This document shows positions 49,062 to 62,268 of a stretch of 64,000 nucleotides of DNA, piece by piece (within the stretch, counting starts at the first letter, position 1; every line of letters starts with the position of its first letter). The stretch comes from Macrostomum lignano (lineage: Eukaryota), in NCBI GenBank assembly GCA_002269645.1, contig NIVC01001433.1, forward strand, positions 201,438 through 265,437, read 5' to 3'. A model generated the notes under the pieces. It made no database searches. It was not told the origin of the DNA and was given only the letters and a program-made list of their open reading frames with translations. The translations under genes and the position numbers were made by a program.

Positions 49062-51764
49062 TAATTAATTTGGCTTACCCTTTAAAAATCTGAGTTTAAA
49101 GTCTGGGCGCACTTATTCAAAATATTTGATTTTTAGAGCCACCTCTCTCGGTTAATTGTGAAGTTCGGTTTAAAGGTGTTCTGCCTCGTTTGACAAATCC
49201 GAAAGACCCAGACGGTCTCTATTTTGGTTTTGTCAGCTGCGATCCAAAATTAGATGATGGCCAGCCATTATTAACATCCGTGTTGGCTGACGACACTCGA
49301 CAACTTTTGAATGTGCGCGCAGACGAAGCTCGCGATCGCTGATTGATTCTAGCGGACGCTCGCTGGTTGGAACCGGTTCAAGATTGCCCAGCTGACCAGC
49401 TGTTTAACATTAACGATTGCGTAGTGCTGCAGTTGGACGCCAGACAGAATGAGTACAGGCGGGGCCTGTCATTTTGGTTGGGCAATCGTCATATGTTTGA
49501 AGGCAAACCAGAGTGTTGTCTCATTGTTGAAGAGGCCCATTTGCAGCGAGAGCAAGACTTTGATCGTAAATTGGCAGGTTGGTTGAGTTGCCCTCGATTT
49601 TGCTTAGGATTGAATGACTTAGATAAACCTAGTATCTCGTAAGTTAAATATGTAGAATTGAGTTTCTGCTAGTATTTGTAGGATTAATGCTTTACTTGAC
49701 AGGCCAAAGCTGTACAAATGCTGTATTTGATAATGCAAGGCTGTACAACTGCTGTACTTGATCATGCAAAACTCTACAACTTCGCACCGCTCTTTTTAGA
49801 GAGCCGCGCCAATGCTGGCCAAATTTATCAGCCACCTGCTCAGCCTCTCAACTCATCTGATCCACGTCGCGACGAGGCTCAGGCACTGATGGAGAGTAAA
49901 GGCATTCGAATCGACTCGCATGTCAATTTAACATTCCTGGACAAGGTCGGCATGGTTATGTGGTTCGATTTCATTCCAAACCAAACAGATCTTGTTGTTG
50001 GCGTTGCTCTTGATGACAACGAAGGAGTTGAACGCGAAGGCTACGGGTTCGTGCCTTCTAGTCAAGTGCGAGCCGCGCATCCCAATGTTCAGCCTGATCT
50101 GTGGTTCACCTTTCTGAGCCTGATTGAGCCAGTGCAAAATGCCAATAACCTGGAAGATCGGTCCAGAGGAGCTGAGGCTCTGCCTCACCAATTTGGCAGT
50201 GGCGACTTTGAAACCATTGCGGGTCCAACTGAGCCTCGAATTCGGCTAGGAGACATGGACAGATTGGTCGGTCGCAATCGCGGTGTCCAGGGACATCACA
50301 ACTCTTGTTATCTGGACTCAACGCTATTCGCCATGTTTGCCACCGTTGACGCATTCGATGGCGTCCTAGAGCGGCCTGGTCAGGCTAAAGACATCGATAA
50401 TTATGAAGAAATCAAGAATACTTTGCGCGAAGGTATTGTAAACTGTTTGAGAAGGTGAGCGACACTCCTACCCTGACCTACAGTTGTATATTGTATTTGT
50501 GTTCTCATATTTCTACTACTGTTAACTATTTTTAGAAACAAGTTTGTCAGCGCTAGGCAAGTTCTGAAGCTGCGAAAATGTCTTAACGATCTCGACATCA
50601 TTCCAGGAATGATGGGCGAGGAAAAAGGTGATTTAATATAAGACTAGTCTGCTTTAATCCTCAGACTGGGTCTCTACTCTCCCAGATCCTTAGTCTGGGT
50701 TCCTACTGTTTATCAGATCCCTAGGCTGGGTCCCTACTCCTTCTCAGATCCCTAGGCTGAGTCCCTACTCTCCCATATCCCCAGACTAAGTCCCTACTCT
50801 CCCAGATCCCTAGGCTGGGTCCGTACTCTCTCATCCTTAGTCTGGGTCCCTACTCCTCAGGATTGAGGCTGAGTTCCTACTCTCCCAGATCCCTAGGCTG
50901 AGTCCCTACTCTCCCGGATCTCCTGGCTAAGTCCCTACTCTCCCCGATCTCCAGGCTAAGTCCCTACTCTCCCAGATTTTCACGCTAAGTCCCTACTCTT
51001 CCCGATCTCCAGGCTGAGTCCCTACTCTCCCAGATCTCCAGGCTGAGTCCCTACTCTCCCCGATCTCCAGGCTGAGTCCCTACTCTCCCAGATCCCCAGA
51101 CTAAGTCCCTACTCTCCCAGATCCCCAGACTAAGTCCCTACTCTCCCAGATCCCCAGACTAAGTCCCTACTCTCCCAGATCCCCAGACTAAGTCCCTACT
51201 CTCCCCGATCTCCAGACTAAGTCCCTACTCTCCCAGATCCCCAGACTAAGTCCCTACTCTCCCAGATCCCCAGACTAAGTCCCTTCTCTCCCAGATCCCC
51301 AGTAAACATAAGATACCTTTTTATCCTCATGTCGTTTCAACCCAACCCGCAGACCCCGAGGAGTTCATCAACCTGCTGCTGGACCACGCGCTCCGTCACG
51401 AGCCGTTCATCAAACTGAGCACTGGGCAGAGCTCCCATGTGCTGCAGCTGTTTCTTGATCGGGCCGATTTGCCTTTCGAACAGCAGAAGCAGCAACAGCA
51501 GGTATGTGATCTTTGAACGATAAGAAGATTATAAAAATCTCAGCGAATTCATTATTTTATGTGTATACCGGATATGCAGCAAAAAACTTTCATATAAGTT
51601 TTTATTAATAATCTATTGGCTAAAGGACTAGCAATCACACCGATATTAAACAAGCCTTCTATATAATTGTTTTTTTGACATAAGAAATTTGTGAAACTAA
51701 AATAGCTGTCGCATTCCCTGATATCATCGCTTAGGGATCAGCTTCCCGGCTTTTGAGCAACTCC

Positions 51765-52920
51765 CTCATCAGCCATGGCATCTCAGCAACTCCTCCATTG
51801 AGCCAATTGGCATCTCAGCAACTCCCCATTGAGCCAATTGGCATCTCACCAACTCCCCATTGAGCCAATCGGCATCTCAGCAACTCCCCATTGAGCCAAT
51901 TAGCATCTCAGCAACTCCCCATTGAGCCAATTGGCATCTCAGCAACTCCCCATTGAGCCAATTGGCATCTTAGCAACTCCCATTGAGCCAATTGGTATCT
52001 CAGCAACTCCCCATTGAGCCAATTGGCATCTCAGCAACTCCCCATTGAGCCAATTGGCATCTCAGCAACTCCCCATTGAGCCAATTGGCATCTCAGCAAC
52101 TCCCCATTGAGCCAATTGGCATCTCAGCAACTCCCCATTGAGCCAATTGGCATCTCAGCAACTCCCCATTGAGCCAATTGGCATCTCAGCAACTCCCCAT
52201 TGAGCCAATTGGCATCTCAGCAACTCCCCATTGAGCCAATTGGCATCTCAGCAACTCCCCATTGAGCCAATTGGCATCTCAGCAACTCCCCATTGAGCCA
52301 ATTGGCATCTCAGCAACTCCCCATTGAGCCAATCGGCATCTCAGCAACTCCCCATTGAGCCAATTGGCATCTCAGCAACTCCTCCATTGAGCCAATTGGC
52401 ATCTCACCAACTCCCCATTGAGCCAATCGGCATCTCAGCAACTCCCCATTGAGCCAATTAGCATCTCAGCAACTCCCCATTGAGCCAATTGGCATCTCAG
52501 CAACTCCCCATTGAGCCAATTGGCATCTTAGCAACTCCCCATTGAGCCAATTGGCATCTCAGCAACTCCCCATTGAGCCAATTGGCATCTCAGCAACTCC
52601 CCATTGAGCCAATTGGCATCTCAGCAACTCCCCATTGAGCCAATTGGCATCTCAGCAACTCCCCATTGAGCCAATTGGCATCTCAGCAACTCCCCATTGA
52701 GCCAATTGGCATCTCAGCAACTCCCCATTGAGCCAATTGGCATCTCAGCAACTCCCCATTGAGCCAATTGGCATCTCAGCAACTCCCCATTGAGCCAATT
52801 GGCATCTCAGCAACTCCCCATTGAGCCAATTGGCATCTCAGCAACTCCCCATTGAGCCAATTGGCATCTCAGCAACTCCCCATTGAGCCAATTGACATCT
52901 CAGCAACTCCTCTTTGAGCC
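51765..52920. repeat. 31-bp minisatellite, CYLD copy 3 intron 5
   Basis: Same unit and similar length as 40020-41175. Confidence 0.95.
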
Positions 52921-53614
52921 ATGACATGACAGCAACGCTTGTATCATTTGCGTTCCCACAGCAGCAGCAGCAGCCGCATTCCACTGGTGCACTCGAGCAC
53001 ATCGCGGACACTGAGACCCTGCTGCACCTGTCGCTAATCCAGAGCAACATCCAGTTTAGCGAGCCGCCGCAGTGCCTGATTCTGCAGATGCCTCGATCTG
53101 GGAAGTCATATAAGATGTTCCACCGCATCCTGCCAGTGCTGCAGTTGAACATCACCAACCTGCTGCCGGACACCGCCAGGGCCTGCAACATCTGCGGCAA
53201 CTTTGCCACTATCGAGTGCCATCAGTGCTTTCTCAAGCACGACTCCGGCCGAGACTACACCTATTGCGAACCTTGCTACAATACGTTTGCGGATCACAGA
53301 AAAGGGAAAACGCATGAGCCAATCAAGATTAAATATCCTAAGCATATCCTGGAGCAATATCAGAATCCTGGACAGGTGGTTGAAAGTCAGACTGTCATGG
53401 ATCTGCTGGCTGTTGTCTGTATTTGCACCAGTCACTACGTCTGCTTCTTGCGGGCCGAGCCCAACCACTGGCTGTTCTTCGATAGCATGGCCGATAGGGA
53501 GGGCGGTGAGTTCAGACTAGCTACTCGCCTCAGCATCCTCTCTCTCTCATCGTCTTGCATTCCATCCCCAATTCCCATTTCATCCCCATCCCCTTGCCAT
53601 CCCCATTCCATCCC

Positions 53615-55207
53615 AGTAGTAGGGGTAAGCAGGGCGACAGGGCGGAGATACGAGTAAGAGGCGGGGTAGTAGTGCATTGGGATAGGAGGAGGCCGCCTAT
53701 CTCTCAACATAAAGATGGTTAACACTGCAGAGATAGGCGGAGAGGCGGCCTATCTCTTTGTACTTGGAATGGTTAACACTGCAGAGATAGGAGGAGAGGC
53801 AGCCTATCTCTTTGTACTTGGGACGGTTAACACTGTAGAGATAGGAGGAGAGGCAGCCTATCTCTTTGTACTTGGGACGGTTAACACTGTAGAGATAGGA
53901 GGAGAGGCGGCCTATCTCTTTGTACTTGGGACGGTTAACACTGTAGAGATAGGAGGAGAGGCGGCCTATCTCTTTGTACTTAATGGGACGGTTAACACTG
54001 CAGAGATAGGAGGAGAGGCAGCCTATCTCTTTGTACTTGGGACGGTTAACACTGTAGAGATAGGAGGAGAGGCGGCCTATCTCTTTGTACTTGGGACGGT
54101 TAACACTGCAGAGATAGGAGGAGAGGCGGCCTATCTCTTTGTACTTGGAATGGTTAACACTGCATAGATAGGAGGAGAGGCGGCCTATCTCTTTGTACTT
54201 GGAATGGTTAACACTGTAGAGATAGGAGGAGAGGCGGCCTATCTCTTTGTACTTGGGACGGTTAACACTGCAGAGATAGGAGGAGAGGCGGCCTATCTCT
54301 TTGTACTTGGAATGGTTAACACTGCAGAGATAGGAGGAGAGGCAGCCTATCTCTTTGTACTTGGGACGGTTAACACTGCAGAGATAGGAGGAGAGGCGGC
54401 CTATCTCTTTGTACTTGGAATGGTTAACACTGTAGAGATAGGAGGAGAGGCGGCCTATCTCTTTGTACTTGGGACGGTTAACACTGCATAGATAGGAGGG
54501 GAGGCGGCCTATCTCTTTGTACTGGGGACGGTTAACACTGTAGAGATAGGAGGAGAGGCGGCCTATCTCTTTGTACTTGGACGGTTAACACTGCATAGAT
54601 AGGAGGAGAGGCGGCCTATCTCTTTGTACTTGGGACGGTTAACACTGCATAGATAGGAGGGGAGGCGGCCTATCTCTTTGTACTTGGGACGGTTAACACT
54701 GCAGAGATAGGAGGAGAGGCAGCCTATCTCTTTGTACTTGGGACGGTTAACACTGCAGAGATAAGATGGAGTGGGTTAGTTGAATGAATGCTTAATGTTT
54801 CCAGGTACAATATATGGCGTCCAGTAATTGACCCAATAGACTTATCTATTATCAGTAAGTACACTTAGTAAAGCAACAAAGACCAGCCAGTAAACACTGT
54901 ACAGTGCATGCAAGAAAAAACAGCTAAATCCAGGCCAATCCAGGCCCCAGACAGTTACTCTGCAGCAGCCACCCTTTCTAATTTGTCCAGGTAGTAAAAT
55001 TGTTTTTTTGTGTGCAAAAGTTAGCCGCCTCCCCTATCTCTACAGTGTTGAGCATCCCCAGTACAAAGAGATAGGCCGCCTCTCCTCCTATCTCTGCAAT
55101 GTTAACTGTCTCTATGTTGAGAGATAGGCCGCCTCCTCCTATCCCAATGCACTACCCCGCCTCCTATCTCCGCCGTGTTGGCCTGTGTTCTGCTAACCCC
55201 TACTACT
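53615..55207. mobile_element. Mini-Maverick-like element in CYLD copy 3 intron 6, 1593 bp
   Basis: Same termini and CATCCC flanks; 54-bp array at 53715-54765. Confidence 0.7.
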
Positions 55208-55980
55208 CATCCCCATCCCCATCCCTATGCCACCCCCATTTTAACCAGTTCATAAATGATTGAATTTCCAGGCTGCAACGATGGCTACAACATCCCGGAG
55301 GTGACCGCGTCGATGGCCTTGAAGAGTGGCTTCGCGATCTTCAAGGCAAGACAGGCAACGCACCGCCTCCAGAACAGGGCAACCGCCTGCTAGAGGATTG
55401 CTATCTGTGTTTCTACGGCAATCCAAGATCTGTGCCCTTCCCTAGCAGCTCCTGAAGTAATATTGAAAACCATATACTTCATTTTAAACGTTTTCGTCTT
55501 CTTTGAGATTCAACATCGTTTTTATTTATCAAATTTGCGATTCTCTTTTCTCAGTAAATAATATAATTTGTAAATATTTTTAATAAGAGGAATGCGAAAG
55601 CTATTTAAACCAATAACGGAGGATTAAACTCGGAGAAAAACGGTTCAACTTTCAAAACAAATAAGAGTCTACAATACGAGACAGACGCTTGTATAGAACT
55701 TAACTTTAATAATAATTTTAAGTCTGTTGTTACTCCAGAATCGGCATAAAATACTTTTATATACTACTGCAGTAGTAAAAAAAGTGGTAGCTTAAGCGCC
55801 GGAAGCATATAATGTATACACATACAACGTTTGTATTGGACAAATTGATTTATTTTTAATTAAATGAGTTTTCTTTTCATATATTTCTGGTTGGTGATCT
55901 GATGTGTACCATTTATTCCACTGTAATTGCATATTTCTACGCCGTCTCACCCAGTGATTAAACGATTTAATGCCATCATC

Positions 55981-57168
55981 CAGGGGCGTCGCCACCGGGG
56001 GGACATGCTAATGCTTTGTCATGCCAATGCTCCACCCCATCTTGTGACCCGTTATGGAAATCAATAATTTTGCTTACGGGCTCCAAAGCATAGCGCCTGC
56101 GGCACCAAAATGAGTGCCTTCGGCGCCAAAATGAATGTCTGTGGCGCCAAAATGAATGTCTGTGGTGCCAAAATAAGTGACTGTGGCGCCAAAATGAGTG
56201 ACTGTGGCGCCAAAATGAGTGACTGTGGTGCCAAAATAAGTGACTGTGGCGCCAAAATGAGTGACTGCGGCACCAAAATGAGTGCCTTCGGCGCCAAAAT
56301 GAATGTCTGTGGCGCCAAAATGAGTGACTGTGGCGACAAAATGAGTGACTGTGGTGCCAAAATAAGTGACTGTGGCACCAAAATAAGTGACTGTGGCACC
56401 AAAATAAGTGACTGTGGCGCCAAAATGAATGACTGTGGCACCAAAATAAGTGACTGTGGCACCAAAATAAATGACTGTGGCGCCAAAATAAGTGACTGTG
56501 GCACCAAAATAAGTGACTGTGGCGCCAAATGAATGACTGTGGCACCAAAATAAGTGACTGTGGCACCAAAATAAATGACTGTGGCGCCAAAATAAGTGAC
56601 TGTGGCACCAAAATAAGTGACTGTGGCGCCAAAATGAATGACTGTGGCACCAAAATAAATGACTGTGCACCAAAATAAATGACTGTGGCGCCAAAATGAA
56701 TGACTGTGGCACCAAAATAAATGACTGTGGCGCCAAAATAAGTGACTGTGGCGCCAAAATGAATGACTGTGGCACCAAAATAAATGACTGTGGCGCCAAA
56801 ATAAGTGACTGTGGCGCCAAAATGAATGACTGTGGCACCAAAATAAATGACTGTGGCGCCAAAATAAGTGACTGTGGCACCAAAATAAGTGACTGTGGCG
56901 CCAAAATGAGCGACTGTGGCCACCAAAAATGAGTGACTGTGGCACAAAATGAGTGACTGTGGCACCAAAATGAGTGACTGTGGCACCAAAATGAGTGACG
57001 TGGTTGGCACCAAAATAAGTGACTACTGCGCCAGAATGAGTGACTGTGGCATCAAAATGAGCGCTGACAACACCAATTCTCAAAATAATGTACATGTAGG
57101 TATTTAGTTATGTACATGCAGAATTCTTGGCTTTGTCCCCCACCGTAAAATCCATGGCGACACCTCCG
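55981..57168. mobile_element. hAT-like MITE with a longer, chimeric 21-bp minisatellite
   Basis: CAGGGGCGTCGCC start and TGGCGACACCTCCG end; the array begins like the other copies and becomes divergent after ~56270. Confidence 0.65.
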
Positions 57169-57944
57169 TCATCGTCAATCAATAAAAAATTATTCAATCG
57201 AGTGTGATCCTTAATGAAAGTTTTAACTGTTTTGTCTCGATGTTTATTATTTTTTTAATCCCTATTTATCATCATCATCACACCTGTAAATGTGTAGAAC
57301 GGTTTCGCGTTTCCAAATGCTTATCCAGATCGACCCCCCGCTGTGCTGATGCAGAGGCTTTTCTTGCTTTTTTGCAAAAAAAATTCATTCTGTACTAAAA
57401 ACAAAACAAAGTGAAATCAACTTTTTAGAGAAGCCTGTTATATTTTAAACGAGAAATATACTCGTATCAGCAAACATTATGACAAAATATTATTGAAAAC
57501 TGAATCGTATCTTGACTTGTCTTGGCATGTTTTTATTTATCCAGATTAGTACAAGCTGAACCTGGCGACCCACAACTGATGCAATTTTGTATTTTAAATG
57601 TTGGTAATTACTGTATTTCACTTCTAAATCAAGTGTCATGTCCCATCTGTAGCTTGACCAGAGGGGTCGCTCCGGCCTGCAGAGCCTCTCTAACCGGCCC
57701 TCGGCTCCTTTCAAACTTCACAATGGCAATCCGGTCCGCTCAGCTCTCTTCTCTATAATCTCTCATCTCTGCTCTCGTCTCCCATTTCTTTCCTCTCCAC
57801 TTTTTAATATATTTTCTCTTCTCTCCTTCTCTCGTCCTTCTTCTCCTCTCTTCTCCTTTATTCCCTTGCTTCTTCTCTTTCCCTCTGGCCCGCAGTCATG
57901 CGCTAAGTTCTCTTGAATTGCAGTCCCAATGGGCCTATTTTAGT

Positions 57945-59297
57945 TATTCCCATCCCACAGCTCCCCTTTCCACAGCTCTCCAATCCCACAGCTCCCCATC
58001 TCACAGATCCCCACCCCACAGCTCTCCATCCCACAGCTCCCCATCCCACAGCTCTCTATCCTACAGCTCCCCATCTCACAGATCCCTTTCCACAGCTCTC
58101 CAATCCCACAGCTCCCCAACTCACAGATCCCCATCCCACAGCTCTCCATCCCACATCTCCCCATCTCACAGCTCCCCATCCCACAGCTCTCCATCCCACA
58201 GCTCCCCATCCCACAGCTCCCCTTTCCACAGCTCTCCAATCCCACAGCTCCCCAACTCACAGATCCCCATCCCACAGCTCCCCATCCCACATCTCCCCAT
58301 CCCACAGCTCCCCAACTCACAGATCCCCATCCCACAGCTCTCCATCCCACATCTCCCCATCTCACAGCTCCCCATCCCACAGCTCTCCATCCCACAGCTC
58401 CCCATCCCACAGCTCCCCTTTCCACAGCTCTCCAATCCCACAGCTCCCCAACTCACAGCTCCCCAACTCACAGATCCCCATCCCACATCTCCCCATCTCA
58501 CAGCTCCCCATCCCACAGCTCTCCATCCCACAGCTCCCCATTCCACTGATCCCCATCCCACAGCTCCCCTTTCCACAGCTCCCCATCCCACATCTCCCCA
58601 TGCCACAGATCCCCATCCCACATCTCCCCATGCCACAGATCCCCATGCCACAGCTCCCCATCCCACAGCTCCCCATCCCACAGATCCCCATCCCACACAG
58701 CTCCCATCCCACAGCTCTCCATTCCACAGATCCCCATCCCACATCTCCCCATGCCACAGATCCCCATCCCACATCTCCCCATCCCACAGCTCCCATCCCA
58801 CATCTCCCCATCCCACATCTCCCCATCCCACAGATCCCCATCCCACAGCTCCCCATCCCACAGCTCTCCATCCCACATCTCCCCATCCCACATCTCCCCA
58901 TGCCACAGATCCCCATCCCACATCTCCCCATCCCACAGCTCCCCATCCCACAGATCCCCATCCCACATCTCCCCATCCCACAGATCCCCATCCCACAGCT
59001 CCCCATCCCACAGCTCTCCATCCCACATCTCCCCATCCCACATCTCCCCATGCCACAGATCCCCATCCCACAGCTCCCCATCCGCTCCCCATCCCACAGC
59101 TCCCCATCCCACAGATCCCCATCCCACAGCTCCACATCCCACAGATCCCCATCCCACAGCTCCCCATCCCACAGCTCTCCATCCCACATCTCCCCATCCC
59201 ACATCTCCCCATGCCACAGATCCCCATCCCACAGATCCCCATCCCACAGCTCCACATCCCACAGCTCCCCATCCCACAGATCCCCATCCCACAGATT
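57945..59297. repeat. C-rich CCCCATCCCACAG satellite upstream of CYLD copy 4, ~1.35 kb
   Basis: Longest array; followed by an inverted unit GGGATGGGGATCTGTGGGAT (~59303-59322). Confidence 0.92.
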
Positions 59298-59354
59298 TCT
59301 ATGGGATGGGGATCTGTGGGATTTCTAGATTTCTATTTGAACAAGCAATTGGTG

Positions 59355-61683
59355 ATGGAAAGTTTGGTAAAAGTGCGCCAGATTGAGCTGCCTAGCGACA
59401 CAGAAAATCCCGGCAGTTTTAAGTGTTTCATGAATCGGTACAAAACGTCTGTCACCGTAAAAATTGGAAACAAAGATCCGATAGAAGCAAGGACACATCA
59501 GATGGATTCTGGCTTATTGTGGCTTATTGCACCTGACAGAGGAGGTGCAAATCAACTTGCACCATTGTGTCGCTCATTGGAGTTCGAATCCTTGTTTTGC
59601 CAGATGTATAAAGGCGAAAAAATACCTTTAACAGCTGAAGAAGCCCGGATTTTGCTAGCTGTGCCAATACACAAGCGATACGATTTTTGTGTTTCGAGTA
59701 ATTTTCAATTGGCCCAACGCTTCCAAGTTGGTAGCATCGTGTCTGTTCGCGATCCCAGTTTTGTTGAGAATCTAGGTTAGTTGGTGTCTCTGAGTCTCAA
59801 GTGCTTAAGGTTTCCTTTGCAATAGGAAAACCGGGTAATTTTTCGCTCAGAGTTTGAGTCATTCATTTCGAGGCACGAAATATTGGCTTTGGGGGTTGTC
59901 GTGTGATTCACAGCCATTATGGCCGACCTCCAAGCCACAGACTGTACATGCCTGACGATTTAGAAAGTCAAAGAACCGCTGTACAGCCTGTGTGAGCGTG
60001 TGTATGAGTGCGTGCTTGCGTTAAGGATTGGTACGCTAGTTTGTGTCTGCTCAGGAGTCAGCGGAGTGCTCGTCTACAATATAGCGTTCTTTTTTATTCG
60101 AAATCATTTTGGTTGCCCTTGAAAAATCCGATTTTTTAACTGGCTTACATTATTTGATTTTTTAGAGCCGATAAACTCGTTAAAGTGTGAAGTTCGGTTC
60201 AAAGGTGTTCTGCCTAGCTGGACAAAACCGAAAGACCCAGACGGTCTCTATTTTGGTTTTGTCAGCTGCGATCGCAAAGTAGACGATGGCCAGCCATTGA
60301 TAATATCCGTGTTGCCTGATGACAACACTCGACAACTGTTGAAGGTGCGCCCAGAAGAAGCTCGCGATCGCCGATTGATTCTAGCGGACGCTCGCTGGTT
60401 GGATCAGGTTCAAGATTGCCCAGCTGACCAGCTGTTTAACATTGACGATCGGGTAGTGCTGCAGTTGGACGCCAGACAGAATGAGTACAGGCGGGGCCTG
60501 ATCAAATGGCTGGGTAGACTGGATGCAAACGGACCAAAACATCTGGCTGGCGTGGAGTTTGACCATCGAGTTCCCAATTCGTCATGTTGGTTGGGCAATC
60601 GTCATATGTTTGAAGGCAAACCCGAGTGTTGTCTCATTGTTGAAGAGGCCCATTTGCAGCGAGAGAAAGACTTTGATCGTAGATTGGCAGGTTGGTTGAG
60701 TTGCCCTCGATTTTGCTTAGGATTGAATTACTTAGATTAATAAACCTAGTATCTCGTAAGTTGAATCTATAAAATTGAATTCTGCTAGTATTTAAAGGAT
60801 TAATGCTCTACTTGACAGGCCAAGGCTGTAAAAATGCTGCAATGTTCATATTTTGTAGAGAGCCGCCAAATGCTGGTCAGAGTTATCAGCCGCCTGCGCA
60901 GCCTCTCAACTCGTTTGATCCACGTCGCGACGAGGCGCAGGCACTGATGGAGAGTAAAGGCATTCGAATCGACTCGCATGTCAATTTAACATTCCTGGAC
61001 AAGGTCGGCATGGTTATGTGGTTCGGTTTCATTCCAAACCAAACAGATCTGGTTGTTGGCGTTGCTCTTGATGACAACGAAGGAGTTGAACGCGGAGGCC
61101 ACGGGTTCGTGCCTTCTAGCCAAGTGCGAGCCGTGCATCCAGATGTTCAGCCTGATCTGTGGTTCACCTTTCTGAGCCTGATTGAGCCAGTGCGAAATGC
61201 CAATAACCAGGCCGATCGTCCCAGAGGAGCCGAGGCTCTGCCTCACCAATTTGGCAGTGGTGACTTTGCAACCATTGCGGGTCCAACTGAGCCTCGAATT
61301 CGCCTAGAAGACTTGGACAATTGTCGGTCGCAATCGCGGTGTCCAGGGACATCACAACTCTTGTTATCTGGACTCAACGCTATTCGCCATGTTTGCCACC
61401 GTGGACGCATTCGATGGCGTCCTAGAGCGGCCTGGTCAGGCTAAAGACATCGATAATTATGAGGAAATCAAGAATACTTTGCGCGAAGGTATTGTAAACT
61501 GTTTGAGAAGGTGAGCGACACCTACCCTGACCTACAATTTTATATTGAATTTGTGTTCTCATATATTTCTACCACTGTCAAATGCTTTTAGAAATAAGTT
61601 TGTCAGCGCTAGGCAAGTTCTGAAGCTGCGAAAATGTCTTAACGATCTCGACATCATTCCAGGAATGATGGGCGAAGAAAAAG
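59355..61683 (+). pseudogene. CYLD: CYLD copy 4 (exons 1-4), frameshifted in exon 3 and interrupted by a Maverick in intron 4
   Basis: Exons 59355-59775, 60166-60690 (CAP-Gly intact), 60859-61510, 61592-61683. A 1-nt loss at ~60866 and a 2-nt loss at ~61320 (before the Cys-box) relative to copy 1. Intron 4 homology stops at 61801. Confidence 0.8.
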
Positions 61684-62268
61684 GTGATTTAATATTTAAC
61701 GCCTTGTTTCCAATACTAGGCTAGGTCCCTACTCCCCCAGATCCCCAGACTAAGTCCCTACTCTCCCAGATCCCCAGAAAACATGACATACCTTTTTATC
61801 CAGTAGAAGGCATGAGGGGGCTTTTGGGACAAAATTTTTCACGTCCTCCATAATCCCATTAAATCCATCCATATTATCCCCGACAGAATCAGAAAAAAGG
61901 GGGGTCGCACTTACTCCAAAAACTTCGAACATAATCCCATTAAATCCATCCATATTATCCCTGACAGAATCAGAAAAAAAGAGGGAGTCGCACTCGCTCA
62001 CAAAACGTCCTCCATAATCCCATTAAATCCATCCGTATTATCCCCGACAGAATCAGAGCATAACAGGTGTCCTACTTGTTCCGAAAACTTCGAACATAAT
62101 CCCATTATAATCCACTGACATCCACCCATAGCATCTTCGAAACAATCAGAAAATAATCTGAATTCTTCTCCCCACATTCAATCCGCAACGTGCTACCACA
62201 TCCCTAAAACTTTAAATCCCCTAACCCAGGGTCCTTACCCTTTGAAAAAAAATTAAATTTTCTCTAAA

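Larger units (their letters stand above)
47012..55455 (+). pseudogene. CYLD: CYLD copy 3, near-identical duplicate of copy 2
   Basis: Exons 47012/47015-47435, 49137-49577, 49800-50454, 50536-50627, 51353-51501, 52962-53505, 55272-55455. Same TGA (49340-49342) and CAP-Gly deletion as copy 2. An additional 1-nt loss in exon 7 (GTGACCGCG vs GTGACCCGCG, ~55305) may be a sequencing error. Confidence 0.85.

Noticed and set aside
54570-61325. Scattered 1-2 nt indels in copy 3 exon 7 and copy 4 exon 3 as proof of biological inactivation
   Set aside because: Several fall in homopolymers and cluster near a repeat junction, as long-read consensus errors do; they cannot be trusted without raw reads. The copy 2/3 TGA and 81-bp deletion are not of this type.
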